Below the pieces are notes generated by a model. That model was not told the origin of the DNA. It saw only the letters and a program-made list of their open reading frames with translations, and searched no databases. A program made the position numbers and the translations under genes. 64,000 nt of DNA from Macrostomum lignano (Eukaryota): assembly GCA_002269645.1 (NCBI GenBank), contig NIVC01000162.1, positions 487,545 to 551,544 of the forward strand, in the 5' to 3' direction. The first letter of the stretch is position 1. Each line of letters opens with the position of its first letter. Below are positions 1-14,604 of the stretch, piece by piece.

Positions 1-140
1 GCTTGGGTGGGTTGGGTGGGTTGGGTGGATTGTGGATTGGGTGGGTTGGGTGGATTGGGAGGGATGGGTGGGTTGGGTGGGTTGGGTGGATTGTGGATTG
101 GGTGGGTTGGGTGGATTGTGGATTGGGTGGGTTGGGTGGG
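1..140. repeat. G-rich intronic simple repeat (ggattgggtgggttgggt)n
   Basis: Directly visible tandem units. Confidence 0.9.
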
Positions 141-188
141 TTTTGAGGGTTAATGGGTGACTTTAGATCAGGTCAGTAAAATCCTTAC

Positions 189-3100
189 AAAGTCCTCCGC
201 CATGGACATGCCGTACAGCTCCAGCATCAGCGAGTCCTTCACGTAGGCGTTCAAGCTGAAGCCCTGCTCCACCATCAGCTCGGCGAACTCCGTCTGGTTG
301 TCCCGCAGAGCCTGCAGCATCAGTGGCTCCAGGTCGTTTTGCTGGAGTGGCGGCGGGTTGAAGAATGTTTGCATCCGCCCCCGATCCTAATTCTCATCCG
401 CCCCCGATCCTAATTCTCATCCGCCCCGATCCTAATTCACATCCGCCCCCGATCCTAATTCTCATCCGCTCCTAGTTAGTATCTTTATCCGCCCCTAGTT
501 AGTATCTTTATCCGCCCCTAGTTAGTATCTTTATCCGCCCCTAGTTAGTATCTTTATCCACTCCTAATTAGTATCTTTATCCACTCCTAATTAGTATCTT
601 TATCCACTCCTAATTAGTATCTTTATCCACTCCTAGTTAGTGTCTTTATCCGCCCCTAGTTAGTGTCTTTATCCGCCCCTAGTTAGTGTCTTTATCCGCC
701 CCTAGTTAGTATCTTTATCCGCCCCTAGTTAGTATCTTTATCCGTCAATAGTTAGTATCTTTATCCGTCAATAGTTAGTATCTTTATCCACCCCTAATGA
801 GTATCTTTATCCGCTCCTAGTTAGTATCTTTATCCATCCCTAATGAGTATCTTTATCCGCTCCTAGTTAGTATCTTTATCCACCCCTAATGAGTATCTTT
901 ATCCGCTCCTAGTTAGTGTCTTTATCCACCCCTAATGAGTATCTTTATCCGCTCCTAGTTAGTGTCTTTATCCACCCCTAATGAGTATCTTTATCCGCTC
1001 CTAGTTAGTATCTTTATCCACCCCTAATGAGTATCTTTATCCGCTCCTAGTTAGTATCTTTATCCACCCCTAATGAGTATCTTTATCCGCTCCTAGTTAG
1101 TATCTTTATCCGCCCCTAATGAGTATCCAGATCCGCCCCTAATGAGTATCAGCTCACAGTCCATTTCTTGGCATCCGTGAGGATCTTAGTCCTAGCAATG
1201 TCGCAGCGATCGATGGACATTGCGATGCGCAGCTGGTCCACATTCAAGACCTCCGAGTCTTCGCCCGCGGCTTTTTCGCCGTTGCCGCCGGCGTCGTCTC
1301 CTGCAGACTGCGGCATTCCCAGCAGCGAGGCGAGAATCTTGGCGTCGAAGTCGGATGCCATGTCGTCCTCGACTGAGAACACCTCGATGAGGTGCTGCGC
1401 GGCGGCGATCTCCATCAGCATGGAGACCTCCGGCTTCGGGGCCTCCTGATCGCCGCAGAGCCATTTCTGCAGCGTCACGCTGGCGAGGACCTCCGGGCTG
1501 GCGGTGCGCAGAGCCGGATTGTCGATGCGAATCTCGCCGCTCAGCAGGTCAAGCAGGTAGCAGACCGCGTCGGCCAGGCCGCCGGAGCCGCGAACCAGCA
1601 CAGCGGAGCAGTGGCGGAGCACCAGGCATCTGGATGGCGGCGGGCGGTAATAGACATTATAGTATTTTCGGGGATTCCAAGAGAGAACCCGAATTTTATA
1701 AATAGAAACACGGGAGTTCTATAGTCAGTATCCAGAATATCCAATCAGAGTCAAGAGGAGTGCTATAAATAGAAACACGGAGTTTTCTATTCATTATCCA
1801 GTCTATCCAATCAGATTCAAGTGGGGAGCTATAAATAGAAACAAAGAGTTATTTAGCTCAGTTTAGTCAGCTCAGTTTTTATTTAGTCAGTATCCAGCCT
1901 ATCCAATCGTAGTCAAGTGGAAAAGCTAAAAATAGAAACGCGGGAATCCCTAGCAAATGTTCAATCAGATGAAAAGTCTGCAAGTATGAAAAGGCTTGAG
2001 AATTTAATTCAACGAATATGGAGCTCGATATGTAGCTCAACAAACCTATGCAGGCTGGCCACATCGTCCAGCGTTCCGTTGGCCAGAATGCAGCAGGCCG
2101 GCGCCTGCGGCATCGATTCGTCTAAGCGGCTGAGCAGGGTTTCAATTCGAGTTCGAACTTCAACTACCGTGTCGGTCTCGGCGTTGTCGTCGACCATCAG
2201 GAAGAAGTTGTGGTTGGGATCAAGGCCAGGCAAAGATCCTGGCACGGCTGGCGGTGGCTGGTTTGATAAGCCCTGTTTGTTTGAAGTTTAAAAATATAAT
2301 TTCTTACATTTCTACTTTCAGTAGTTTAATAGGTATTTTTCAGATTTTTAAATTAGCAATTATATAAAAGGAAACATTGTAATAAAAATTCAATGCTGAC
2401 CGCAAAGTCTTTGCTGACTAGTTCGGAACGCGAAGGCACCCATTTCCATGGCAACACTGCCAGCAGGCTGATCCTATCCTGTCCGTAGGCGTCATTGTAG
2501 TCTCTGACCGCCTTGCCAGCCAGTTTAACAATGCCTTTGCTCAGGCCGTCCGTCACCACCAGAGAGTCTAAGTAAGGAAATTGAAAGAGATATTGGGCCT
2601 GGGGAATCTGTGCAAAGGTTTCAGGGAGACTGTGTCCGCTTGGTCCTTCAATCGTGTAAGCTACAGGGAGACTGTGTCCGCTTGGTCCTTCAATCATGTA
2701 AGCTACAGGGAGACTGTGTCCGCTTGGTCCTTCAATTATGTAAGCTAGAGGGAGACTGTGTCCGCTTGGTCCTTCAATTATGTAAGCTACAGGGAGACTG
2801 TGTCCACTTGGTCCTTCAATTATGTAAGCTACAGGGAGACTGTGTCCGCTTGGTCCTTCAATCATGTAAGCTACAGGGAGACTGTGTCCGCTTGGTCCTT
2901 CAATTATGTAAGCTAGAGGGAGACTGTGTCCGCTTGGTCCTTCAATTATGTAAGCTACAGGGAGACTGTGTCCACTTGGTCCTTCAATTATGTAAGCTAC
3001 AGGGAGACTGTGTCCGCTTGGTCCTTCAATTATGTAAGCTACAGGGAGACTGTGTCCACTTGGTCCTTCAATTATGTAAGCTACAGGGAGACTGTGTCCG

Positions 3101-6100
3101 CTTGGTCCTTCAATCATGTAAGCTAGAGGGAGACTGTGTCCACTTGGTCCTTCAATTATGTAAGCTACAGGGAGACTGTGTCCGCTTATTCCTTCAATCA
3201 TGTAAGCTACAGGGAGACTGTGTCCACTTGGTCCTTCAATTATGTAAGCTACAGGGAGACTGTGTCCGCTTGGTCCTTCAATCATGTAAGCTACAGGGAG
3301 ACTGTGACCACTTGGTCCTTCAATTATGTAAGCTACAGGGATTCTGTCCTTCAGGCAACTGAGTCTCACTTGAGCAGCCGGCCGCCTTCCAGAAGCCCTT
3401 CATAAAGACTTTGTTAAAGTCGGTGCGGGTTGACTGCCCGCCCAAGACCGTCACAATCATGGAGGGTTGCTGGATGCCCCAGACTTTGTGCAGCAGCCAC
3501 AACAGCTGGGCATCTTCGGTGAAGCTGGAGATGCGGACGAACTTCGCAAGGAGGAAACGGGGATTTGCGATGGTTCAATTGCAGCTGCAGGCAGAATAAA
3601 CATTGAAAAGTGCACACACTGCACACACTGCACACACTGAACACTGCACACACTGCACACACTGCACACTGCACACACTGCACACACTGCACACACTGCA
3701 CACTGCACACACTGCACACAGTTCACACACTGCACACTGCACACACTGCACACTACACACACTGCACATACTGCACACTGCACACACTGAGCACACTGCA
3801 CACTACACACACTGCACACACTGCACACTGCACACTGCACACACTGCACACTGCACACAATGCACACTGTACACACTGCACACACTGCACACAATGCACA
3901 CAATGCACACTGCACACTGCACACACTGCACACACTGAGCACACTGCACACACTGCACACTACACACACTGCACATACTGCACACACTGCACACACTGCA
4001 CACTGCACACACTGAGCACACTGCACACTGCACACACTGCACACACTGCACACTGCACACTGCACACACTGCACACTGCACACAATGCACACTGCACACA
4101 CTGCACACACTGCACACAATGCACACAATGCACACTGCACACTGCACACACTGCACACACTGAGCACACTGCACACACTGCACACACTGCACACTGCACA
4201 CACTGAGCACACTGCACACTGCACACACTGCACACACTGCACACTGCACACTGCACACACTGCACACTGCACACAATGCACACTGCACACACTGCACACA
4301 CTGCACACAATGCACACAATGCACACTGCACACACTGCACACACTGAGCACACTGCACACTACACACACTGCACATACTGCACACTGCACACACTGAGCA
4401 CACTGCACACACTGCACACTGCACACTGCACACACTGCACACTGCACACACTGCACACTGCACACTGCACACACTGCACACACTGAGCACACTGCACACA
4501 CTGCACACACTGAGCACACTGCACACACTGCACACACTGCACACTGAGCACACTGCACACACTACACACACTACACACACTGCACACACTGAGCACACTG
4601 CAGACAATGCACACTACACATACTGCACACACTGCACACACTGCACACTGCACAAACTGCACACAGTTCACACACTGCACACTGCACACACTGCACACTG
4701 CACACACTGCACACACTGCACACACTGCACACACTGCACACTGCACACACTGCACACTGCACACACTGCACACACTGCACACACTGAGCACAATGCATAC
4801 AATGCACACTGCACACTACACACACTGCACATACTGCACACACTGCACACTGCACACACTGAGCACACTGAGCACACTGCACACACTGCACACACTGAGC
4901 ACACTGCACACACTGCACACACTGAGCACACTGCACACTGCACACACTGTACACTGCACACACTGCACACTGCACACACTGCACACACTGCACACTGCAC
5001 ACTGCACACACTGCACACTGCACACAATGCACACTGCACACACTGCACACACTGCACACAATGCACACTGCACACACTACACACACTGCACACACTGAGC
5101 ACACTGCAGACAATGCACACTGCACACTACACACACTGCACATACTGCACACACTTCACACACTGCACACACTGAGCACACTGCACACACTGAGCACACT
5201 GCACACACGGCACACACTCAGCACACTGCACACACTGCACACACTGAGCACACTGCACACACTGAGCACACTGCACACACGGCACACACTCAGCACACTG
5301 CACACACTGCACACACTCAGCACACTGCACACACTGAGCACACTGCACACACTGCACACACTGAGCACACTGCACACAAGAAGTAAATCGCAGCGCACTT
5401 TGGCAGAAAAGTAGTCGGACATCTTCAAGCTGCCGAAAGCGTTGGTGACAACGGGCATCAGGTGGGTCTCGGCTGACCAGCTGCCGACTTCCAAGGAAAC
5501 GAGCGAGGAGTGCTCAAAGTACAGGTGCTCGTCCTGTGGCAGTCCGCAGTGGCACAGGCCCTCGGCTCTGGGGTGACGAAGTGACAGGGAATGATCTGCC
5601 ACCTGGGCTGCACTGAATGACCTGTCCACTCACTGAATGACCTGTCCAATCACTGAATGACCTGTCCACTCACTGAATGACCTGTCCACTCACTGAATGA
5701 CCTGTCCAATCACTGAATGACCTGTCCACTCACTGAATGACCTGTCCAATCACTGAATGACCTGTCCACTCACTGAATGACCTGTCCAATCACTGAATGA
5801 CCTGTCCACTCACTGAATGACCTGTCCAATCACTGAATGACCTGTCCACTCACTGAATGACCTGTCCAATCACTGAATGACCTGTCCACTCCATGAATGA
5901 CTTTCCCACTCACTGAATGACTTTATCACTCACTGAATGACTTTCCCACTCACTGAATGACCTGTCCACTCACTGAATGACCTGTCCACTCACTGAATGA
6001 CCTGTCCACTCACTGAATGACTTGCCCACTCACTGAATGACTTGCCCACTCACTGAATGACTTTATCACTCCCTGAATGACTTGCCCACTCACTGAATGA

Positions 6101-9100
6101 CCTGTCCACTCACTGAATGACCTGTCCACTCACTGAATGACCTGTCCACTCACTGAATGACCTGTCCAATCACTGAATGACCTGTCCAATCACTGAATGA
6201 CCTGTCCAATCACTGAATGACCTGTCCACTGACCTGTCCACCACTGAATGACCTGTCCACTCCATGAATGACTTGCCCACTCACTGAATGACTTGTCCAC
6301 TCACTGAATGACTTGTCCACTCACTGAATGACCTGTCCAATCACTGAATGACTTGCCCACTCACTGAATGACTTGCCCACTCACTAATTGACTTTATCAC
6401 TCACTGAATGACTTGCCTACTCACTGAATGACCTGTCTACTCACTGAATGACCTGTCCACTCACTGAATGACCTGTCCACTGACCTGTCCACCACTGAAT
6501 GACCTGTCCACTCCATGAATGACTTGCCCACTCACTGAATGACTTGCCCACTCACTGAATGACTTGCCCACTCACTGAATGACTTGCCCACTCACTGAAT
6601 GACTTGCCCACTCACTGAATGACTTGCCCACTCACTGAATGACTTGCCCACTCACTGAATGACTTGCCCACTCACTGAATGACTTGCCCACTCACTGAAT
6701 GACTTGCCCACTCACTGAATGACTTGCCCACTCACTGAATGACTTGCCCACTCACTGAATGACTTGCCCACTCACTGAATGACTTGCCCACTCACTGAAT
6801 GACTTGCCCACTCACTGAATGACTTGCCCACTCACTGAATGACTTGCCCACTCACTGAATGACTTGCCCACTCACTGAATGACTTGCCCACTCACTGAAT
6901 GACTTGCCCACTCACTGAATGACTTGCCCACTCACTGAATGACTTGCCCACTCACTGAATGACTTGCCCACTCACTGAATGACTTGCCCACTCACTGAAT
7001 GACTTGCCCACTCACTGAATGACTTGCCCACTCACTGAATGACCTAATCCTTGATGTACTACTGTTAATAAAAGATCCTGCATTACCTTTCAACAAACGT
7101 GCAGCACTCCCTCACATCCAGGCACCTGTGCTCGAAGAAGGCGCTGCTCATCTGCGAGAAAAAAATGGACAAAATGCCAAGAGGCTGGCTTGATGCACAT
7201 GCCTGGAGCCTACTAGGCTCGTAAAGCGCATGTAGCTGTGAACACCGAACTTACGGTTTGGTACAGGCTGATTAATTTTTTAACCTCGCTGCGCTTGTTT
7301 GCCAGGTCTACCGGTGTCTTGCCGTCCTGAATAGATTGGAAACCGAGTGCTTATCTGTATGGCATTACGGGTACTGTACTGTACACACGCTCGGAGCACA
7401 CTGTACTGTACACACACTCGGAGCACACTTTACTGTACACACGCTCGGAGCACACTGCTGTACACACACTCGGAGCACACTGCTTTACACACACTCGGAG
7501 CACACTATACTGTACACACACACGTGGAGCACACTGCTGTACACACACTCGGAGCACACTGCTTTACACACACTCGGAGCACACTATACTGTACACACAC
7601 ACGTGGAGCACACTGCTGTACACACACTCGGAGCACACTGCCTTACACACACTCGGAGCACACTATACTGTACACACACTCGGAGCACACCATACTGTAC
7701 ACACACACATGGAGTACACTGCTGTACACACATGGAGCACACTGCTGTACACACACTCGGAGCACACCATACTGTACACACACACGGAGCACACCATACT
7801 GTACACACACACGGAGCACACCATACTGTACACACACACGGAGCACACCATACTGTACACACACACGGAGCACACTGCTGTACACACATGGAGCACACTG
7901 CTGTACACACACTCGGAGCACACCATACTGTACACACACACGGAGCACACCATACTGTACACACACACGGAGCACACTGCTGTACACACACATGGAGCAC
8001 ACTGCTGTACACACACATGGAGCACACTGCTGTACACACACTCGGAGCACACCATACTGTACACACACACGGAGCACACTATACTGTACACACACTCGGA
8101 GCACACCATACTGTACACACACACATAGAGCACACTGCTGTACACACACTCGGAGCATACTGCTGTACACACACTCGGAGCACACCATACTGTACACACA
8201 CACGGAGCACACTGCTGTACACACACACGTGGAGCACACTGCTGTACACACACTCGGAGCACACTGCTTTACACACACTCGGAGCACACTATACTGTACA
8301 CACACACGTGGAGCACACTGCTGTACACACGCTCGGAGCACACTGCTGTACACACACTCGGAGCACACTGCTTTACACACACTCGGAGCACACTATACTG
8401 TACACACACACGTGGAGCACACTGCTGTACACACACTCGGAGCACACTGCTTTACACACACTCGGAGCACACTATACTGTACACACACACGTGGAGCACA
8501 CTGCTGTACACACACTCGGAGCACACTGCCTTACACACACTCGGAGCACACTATACTGTACACACACTCGGAGCACACCATACTGTACACACACACATGG
8601 AGTACACTGCTGTACACACATGGAGCACACTGCTGTACACACACTCGGAGCACACCATACTGTACACACACGGAGCACACCATACTGTACACACACACGG
8701 AGCACACCATACTGTACACACACATGGAGCACACTGCTGTACACACACTCGGAGCACACCATACTGTACACACACACGGAGCACACTGCTGTACACACAC
8801 TCGGAGCACACTGCTGTACACACACACGGAGCACACTGCTGTACACACACTCGGAGCACACTGCTGTACACACACTCGGAGCACACCATACTGTACACAC
8901 ACACGGAGCACACTGCTGTACACACACATGGAGCACACTGCTGTACACACACTTGGAGCACACCATACTGTACACACACTCGGAGCACACTGCTGTACAC
9001 ACACTCGGAGCACACCATACTGTACACACGCACGGAGCACACTGCTGTACACACACTCGGAGCACACCATACTGTACACACACACATGGAGCACACTGCT

Positions 9101-12100
9101 GTACACACACTCGGAGCACACTGCTGTACACACACTCGGAGCACACCATACTGTACACACACACGGAGCACACTGCTGTACACACACATGGAGCACACTG
9201 CTGTACACACACTTGGAGCACACCATACTGTACACACACTCGGAGCACACTGCTGTACACACACTCGGAGCACACCATACTGTACACACGCACGGAGCAC
9301 ACTGCTGTACACACACTCGGAGCACACCATACTGTACACACACACATGGAGCACACTGCTGTACACACACTCGGAGCACACTGCTGTACACACACTCGGA
9401 GCACACCATACTGTACACACACACGGAGCACACTGCTGTACACACACATGGAGCACACTGCTGTACACACACTTGGAGCACACCATACTGTACACATACA
9501 CGGAGCACACTGCAGTACACACACTAGGAGCACACTGTACTGTACACACACTAGGAGCACACTGCTGTACACACACTAGGAGCACACTGTACTGTACACA
9601 CACTAGGAGCACACTGCAGTACACACACATGGAGCACACTGCTGTACACACACTAGGAGCACACTGCTGTACACACACTCGGAGCACACTGCTGTACACA
9701 CACTTGGAGCACACTGCTGTACACATACACGGAGCACACTGTACTGCACACACACTAGGAGCACATTGTACTGTACACACACTCGGAGCACACTGTACTG
9801 TACACACATTCGGAGCACACTGTACTGTACACACATTCGGAGCACACTGTACTGTACACACACAACTACTACTTAGCTACTAATTTATCACGAATTTGTA
9901 TTTTAACAGTTGCACTCACCCTGTTTCTGACCGTCCAGTCGAGCCGATCAATCAGGCACAGCTGGGCTACACAGGCCGGGCCGGCCGCTGCGGCCAGGTG
10001 GCACGGCGTGTTGCCATGGCGATCGGCTACCTCGGACTGGCGCGGGATCCGCCTGGCCAGCTGGCGCACCAGGAACGGGTTGCCAACCAGACAGGCCAGG
10101 TGCAGCGGCGTCTCCCCGTCCTGAGGAGTCATTTAGAGTGAACTAGTAAAACACTTTACTGTCTATATGGACAGAGCACCATAGACAACAAAAACCGTTC
10201 TTGCTGAATCCCTTGAAGAGGGGCTGGCGCCTCCTCTGAAGCTGGCGCTCCTCTGTTGCTGGCGCCCTTTTCTGTAGCTGGCGCCCCCTCTGTAGCTCGC
10301 GCCCCTTTCTGTTAGCTGGCGCCCTTTTCTGTAGCTGGCGCCAACCTCTGTATCTGGCGCCCCTCTGAAGCTGGCGCTCCCTCTGTAGCTGGCGCCCCCC
10401 CTGGAGTAGCTGGTGCCCCCCCCCCCCTTGTAGCTGGTGCCCCATTATAGCTGGTATAGCTGGTGCCCCCCCCCTGTAACTGGTGGCCCCCTGTAGCTGG
10501 TGCCCCCCTGTAACTGGTGGCCCCCTGTAGCTGGTGCCCCCCCCCTTGTAGCTGGTGCCCCATTATAGCTGGTGCCCCCCCTGTAACTGGTGGCCCCCTG
10601 TAGCTGGTGGCCCCCTGCAGCTGGTGCCCCCCCCCCTGTAGCTGGTGCCCCCCTGTAACTGGTGGCCCCCTGTAGCTGGTGGCCCCTGTAGCTGGTGCCC
10701 CCCCCTGTAGCTGGTGCCCCCCTGTAGCTGGTGCCCCCCTGTAGCTGGTGCCCCCCCTGTAACTGGTGGCCCCCTGTAGCTGGTGGCCCCCTGTAGCTGG
10801 TGCCCCCCTGTAGCTGGTGCCCCCCTGTAGCTGGTGCCCCCCCCCTGTATCTGGTGCCCCCTGTATCTGGTGCCCCCCCTGTAGCTGGTGCCCTTTTTGA
10901 AATTGCAACTCACAGCGGTGAGCGGCGCGGGCTCCCCGGGTCGGCAGTAATCAAGCAGGAGGCTCATCGTAGTCGGGTTGTCGATAGCAGCGGCCAGGTG
11001 CAGCAGGGTGCAGCAGTTGACGGCTGAGCGATTTGGAAGCTGGAACGGACCAAATAGCTGAGTTCGTAGATAGCTGGGATGTCTGCAGTGTTGCAGTGTC
11101 TTTGAGTGAGGCACAGTGTCTTTGAGTGAGGCACAGTGTCTGTGAGGGGGGCGCAGTCTCTATGGGAATGAGATGCAGTGTCTGTGAGGTGGGCGCAGTG
11201 TCTATGGGAATGAGATGCAGTGTCTGTGAGGGGGGCGCAGTGTCTATGGGAATGAGGTGCAGTGTCTATGGGAATGAGGTGCAGTGTCTATGGGAATGAG
11301 GCGCAGTGTCTATGGGAATGAGGTGCAGTGTCTATGAGAGGGGCGGAGTATCTATGGGAATGAGGCACAGTGTATGTTGAGGGGGAGCGCAGTGTCTATG
11401 GGAATGAGGTGCAGTGTCTGTGAGGAGGCGCAGTATCTATGGGAATGAGGTGCAGTGTCTGAGTGAGTCAGGTGCAGTGTCTATGGGAATGAGGTGCAGT
11501 GTCTGTGAGGAGGCGCAGTATCTATGGGAATGAGGTGCAGTGTCTGAGTGAGTGAGGTGCAGTGTCTATGGGAATGAGGTGCAGTGTCTGTGAGGAGGCG
11601 CAGTATCTATGGGAATGAGGTGCAGTGTCTGAGTGAGTGAGGTGCAGTGTCTATGGGAATGAGGTGCAGTGTCTGTGAGGGGGGCGCAGTGTCTAATGGG
11701 AATGAGGTGCAGTGTCTGTGAGAGGGGCGCAGTGTCTATGGGAATGAGGTGCAGTGTCTGTGAGGAGGCGCAGTATCTATGGGAATGAGGTGCAGTGTCT
11801 GAGTGAGTGAGGTGCAGTGTCTATGGGAATGAGGTGCAGTGTCTGTGAGGGGGGCGCAGTGTCTAATGGGAATGAGGTGCAGTGTCTGTGAGAGGGGCGC
11901 AGTGTCTATGGGAATGAGGTGCAGTGTCTGTGAGGAGGCGCAGTGTCTATGGGAGTAAAGCTAAAGTCTTTCCACCGGTGACAAAGTGGAGCCTGGAGCG
12001 AGGCGCTCACCTGAATCCGGTCGGACTTGTACATGAAGGACATCTCCAGCATGCCGGCAGCCACCGCGGTCTGCAGTCTGCCTGGGGTCAGCTCATCGGC

Positions 12101-12238
12101 TTCAATCTCGCTAACTACGGCCTGCAGATCCCCGGCGGGCAGATTATTCCCGTACTCCTCCAGATCCCGCAGCTTCAGACTGGAGTCGCTGCAGTTGAGC
12201 TCGGACATGACTAAACTCACCGTGTGCTCGTCGGACAT
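189..12238 (-). CDS. TRPM-family cation channel, N-terminal part, with about 3-4 N-terminal ankyrin repeats; continues beyond window start
   Basis: Exons with GT/AG sites and consistent phases: 12238-12011, 11039-10914, 10120-9920, 7326-7255, 7151-7087, 5567-5399, 3541-3370, 2567-2401, 2272-2046, 1629-1158, 341-189. Ankyrin motifs: TLLHLAA, GETPLHLAC, GNTPCHLAA, GKTPVDLA. TRPM MHR/SLOG motifs: RECCTFV..CHCG, TNAFG, AKFVRIS, W...PSMIVTVLGG, F.KGFWKAA, LDPNHNFFLMVDD, GSGGLAD, QLRIAMSIDRCDIAR, LE.LMLQAL. Probable 5'UTR intron 12416-12241. Confidence 0.9.
375..1147. repeat. About 23-bp intronic minisatellite atccgcccctagttagtatcttt
   Basis: Directly visible tandem units. Confidence 0.95.
2620..3345. 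repeat. 42-bp intronic minisatellite
   Basis: gtaagctacagggagactgtgtccgcttggtccttcaattat, about 17 copies. Confidence 0.95.
3611..5377. repeat. CA-rich compound repeat (cacactg / cacacactg)
   Basis: Directly visible tandem units. Confidence 0.95.
5612..7044. repeat. 20-bp minisatellite cactgaatgacttgcccact
   Basis: Directly visible; homogenised block at about 6530-7040. Confidence 0.95.
7372..9862. repeat. CA-rich compound minisatellite (ggagcacactgctgtacacacactc)
   Basis: Directly visible tandem units. Confidence 0.95.
10222..10893. repeat. About 15-18-bp minisatellite gtagctggtgccccc
   Basis: Directly visible tandem units. Confidence 0.92.
11085..11952. repeat. About 22-bp minisatellite gcagtgtctatgggaatgaggt
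   Basis: Directly visible tandem units. Confidence 0.92.
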
Positions 12239-12868
12239 GCCTGCTTGCGGTTGGAGCGGATGACAGTCGTGCACTACTAGCTGCTGTTTCTGGGAGAGCA
12301 GCTCAGTGCAGATGTGGCCGGCAGTCAGCCGTATATGGAAGCCCGTGGGAGACCTGATGGGAGAAAAGGGGGCTGCTCCTAGCGATTCTGAACAATGCTT
12401 GGCCCGGGAGACTCACTTAGAGAATAGAAGCTTCCCCGAGAGGCTGTCACCCCACTGAGCATTTCAGCTCAGCTCAAAAATTAAGTTTACGCTTTGTTGT
12501 CTTACGGTTGCTTGGGACAATTCTCCCACCCCCGTCCCATGGCACTTGAATACTTCTGGTTGAGAATTTCGTTTTGAGTCCGCATTGATCGGCTAATAGT
12601 GACGCCTTCCCAGCAAGCAGCTACTGCTCAAGCATCTCAAATAGCTACTTAAACAGCAGCTATTGCATGAAAGCATGGAGAGCTACGTGTGTTAGACTTC
12701 CGAAACAATGGGCATTGGGCCTCTCCGGAAAGTTTTGTACTTTTTGTAGTACGAAATTTTGTTATACTGCGGCATATGTATTCCACATATAGTGATAAAA
12801 TTATGAAATTTTTTGAGCAATATTTGTTAAATTTTTGCTTTGGTTGCAGCAGGCCACTATACTTCGGT

Positions 12869-13136
12869 TGCACACTCAGCAACTCTGGTTGCACACTCAG
12901 CAACTCTGGTTGCACACTCAGCAACTCTGGTTGCGCACTCAGCAACTCTGGTTGCACACTCAGCAACTCTGGTTGCTCACTCAGCAACTCTGGTTGCACA
13001 CTCAGCAACTCTGGTTGCTCACTCAGCAACTCTGGTTGCTCACTCAGCAACTCTGGTTGCACACTCAGCAACTAGGGTTGCGCACTCAGCAACTCTGGTT
13101 GCACACTCAGCAACTAGGGTTGCTCACTCAGCAACT
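12869..13136. repeat. 21-bp minisatellite cactcagcaactctggttgca
   Basis: Directly visible tandem units. Confidence 0.93.
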
Positions 13137-13649
13137 CATGTTAAGCAACATGAACTACACAATGACTGACTGGTTGGTATCTGATAAGAAAAAAACGACA
13201 CGAACTGAATCCACCGCAGCATTCCCCAAGTCTCAAGTCCAAAGTCCATGTCACAGTCACTGTTGCACGCAAACAGCCGGCAGTTATGTATATTTATGGA
13301 AACAATCTGTAACGGTAATAGCTAAAAATTCCAAACTAAAATGCTCCAAATATTACTCATGATTTAGATACTACTACTGTCGCAGAGAAAGGATAAATCG
13401 AGACGATGAGTGAGCACCAAGTTCAATAGCAATTATGTAAGGCACTGTTAAATTATTATAGTGTAGCGACTGCTCCATTAGTCATAAAGGTATAGAAGAC
13501 TTCGTATGGCATTCGGAAATATCCGATGCAAGGAATTCAATTCAAGTTGAGGACAGAGAAATGACTGCAGCTTGATCAGAAAAGATGACGAAGGAACAAG
13601 TAATTTTTTGTCCAACAACAGGTACTAATATTTGAGACAGTACCGGGGC

Positions 13650-14426
13650 GAGAGGGCGAGAGGGCGAGGAAGGGAAAGGAGAGAGGAGGGGAAGGGGAGG
13701 GGAGAGGGAGAGGGAGAGGGGAGAGGGAGAGACGAGTGGGGGAGAGAGGAGAGAGGAGGGGAAGGGGAGGGGAGAGGGAGAGAGGAGTGGGGGAGAGGGG
13801 AGAGAAGTGAGGCCTGTGAGGGGTGAGGGGGAGAGAAAGTAGGGGAGAGGGGAGAGGAGGGAGGGGGAGAGGAGGGAGGGGAGAGGGGGAGAGGAGGGAG
13901 GGGAGAGGGGAGAGGAGGGAGGGGAGAGGGGAGAGGAGGGAGGGGAGAGGGGGAGAGGAGGGAGGGGAGAGGGGAGAGGAGTGGGGGAGAGGGGGAGAGA
14001 AGTGAGGGGAGAGGGGGAGAGGAGGGAGGGGAGAAGGGCAGAGGGAGGGGAGAAGGGCAGAGGGAGGGGAGAAGGGCAGAGGGAGGGGAGAGGGGGAGAG
14101 AAGGGAGGGGAGAGGGGAAGAGGAAAGAGGGGAGAGGGGGAGAGGAGGGAGGGGAGAGGGGCAGAGGGGAGAGAAGGGAGGGGAGAGGGGGGGAGGAAAG
14201 AGGGGAGAGGGGAGAGGAGGGAGGGGAGAGGGGGAGAGGAGGGAGGGGAGAGGGGGAGAGGAGGGGAGAGGGGAGAGGAGAGAGGGGAGAGGAGGGAGAG
14301 GAGAGGGGAGAGGGGGAGGAGAGGGGAGAGGGGAGAGGAGGGAGGGGAGGAGAGTAGGGGGAGAGGAGGGAGGGGGAGGAAGATGGGGAGGGGAGGGGGA
14401 GGGAGATGGGGAAGGAGGGAGAGGGG
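13650..14426. repeat. Polypurine (GA-rich) low-complexity tract
   Basis: Almost exclusively G and A on the plus strand. Confidence 0.95.
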
Positions 14427-14604
14427 GCTCGACTTACTTGACTTAGCTGCAGGGCTGTCCCAGAGGGGACACAGCGGGAAGGCGCGGACGCCAGCGCGGG
14501 AGAGGGGGAGAGGAGGGCAGAGGGGGCGAATACAAGGCAGGAGGAGGCGGAGAGGTGCCAGCATAATGACGCACAGAGCTGATGGAGGCACAGTTCGCTG
14601 TCCC

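Noticed and set aside
5560-5605. Apparent frameshift in TRPM (WQIIPCHFVTPE versus GLCHCG)
   Set aside because: An acceptor at 5567 (caccccag|A) gives RECCTFVERAEGLCHCG in frame, so no frameshift is needed.
2353-9883. Long ORFs of up to 747 aa (CSVC/HTAH-type and PVAYIIEGPSGHSL repeats)
   Set aside because: These are translations of intronic tandem repeats that lack stops in several frames at once; the real exons splice around them.
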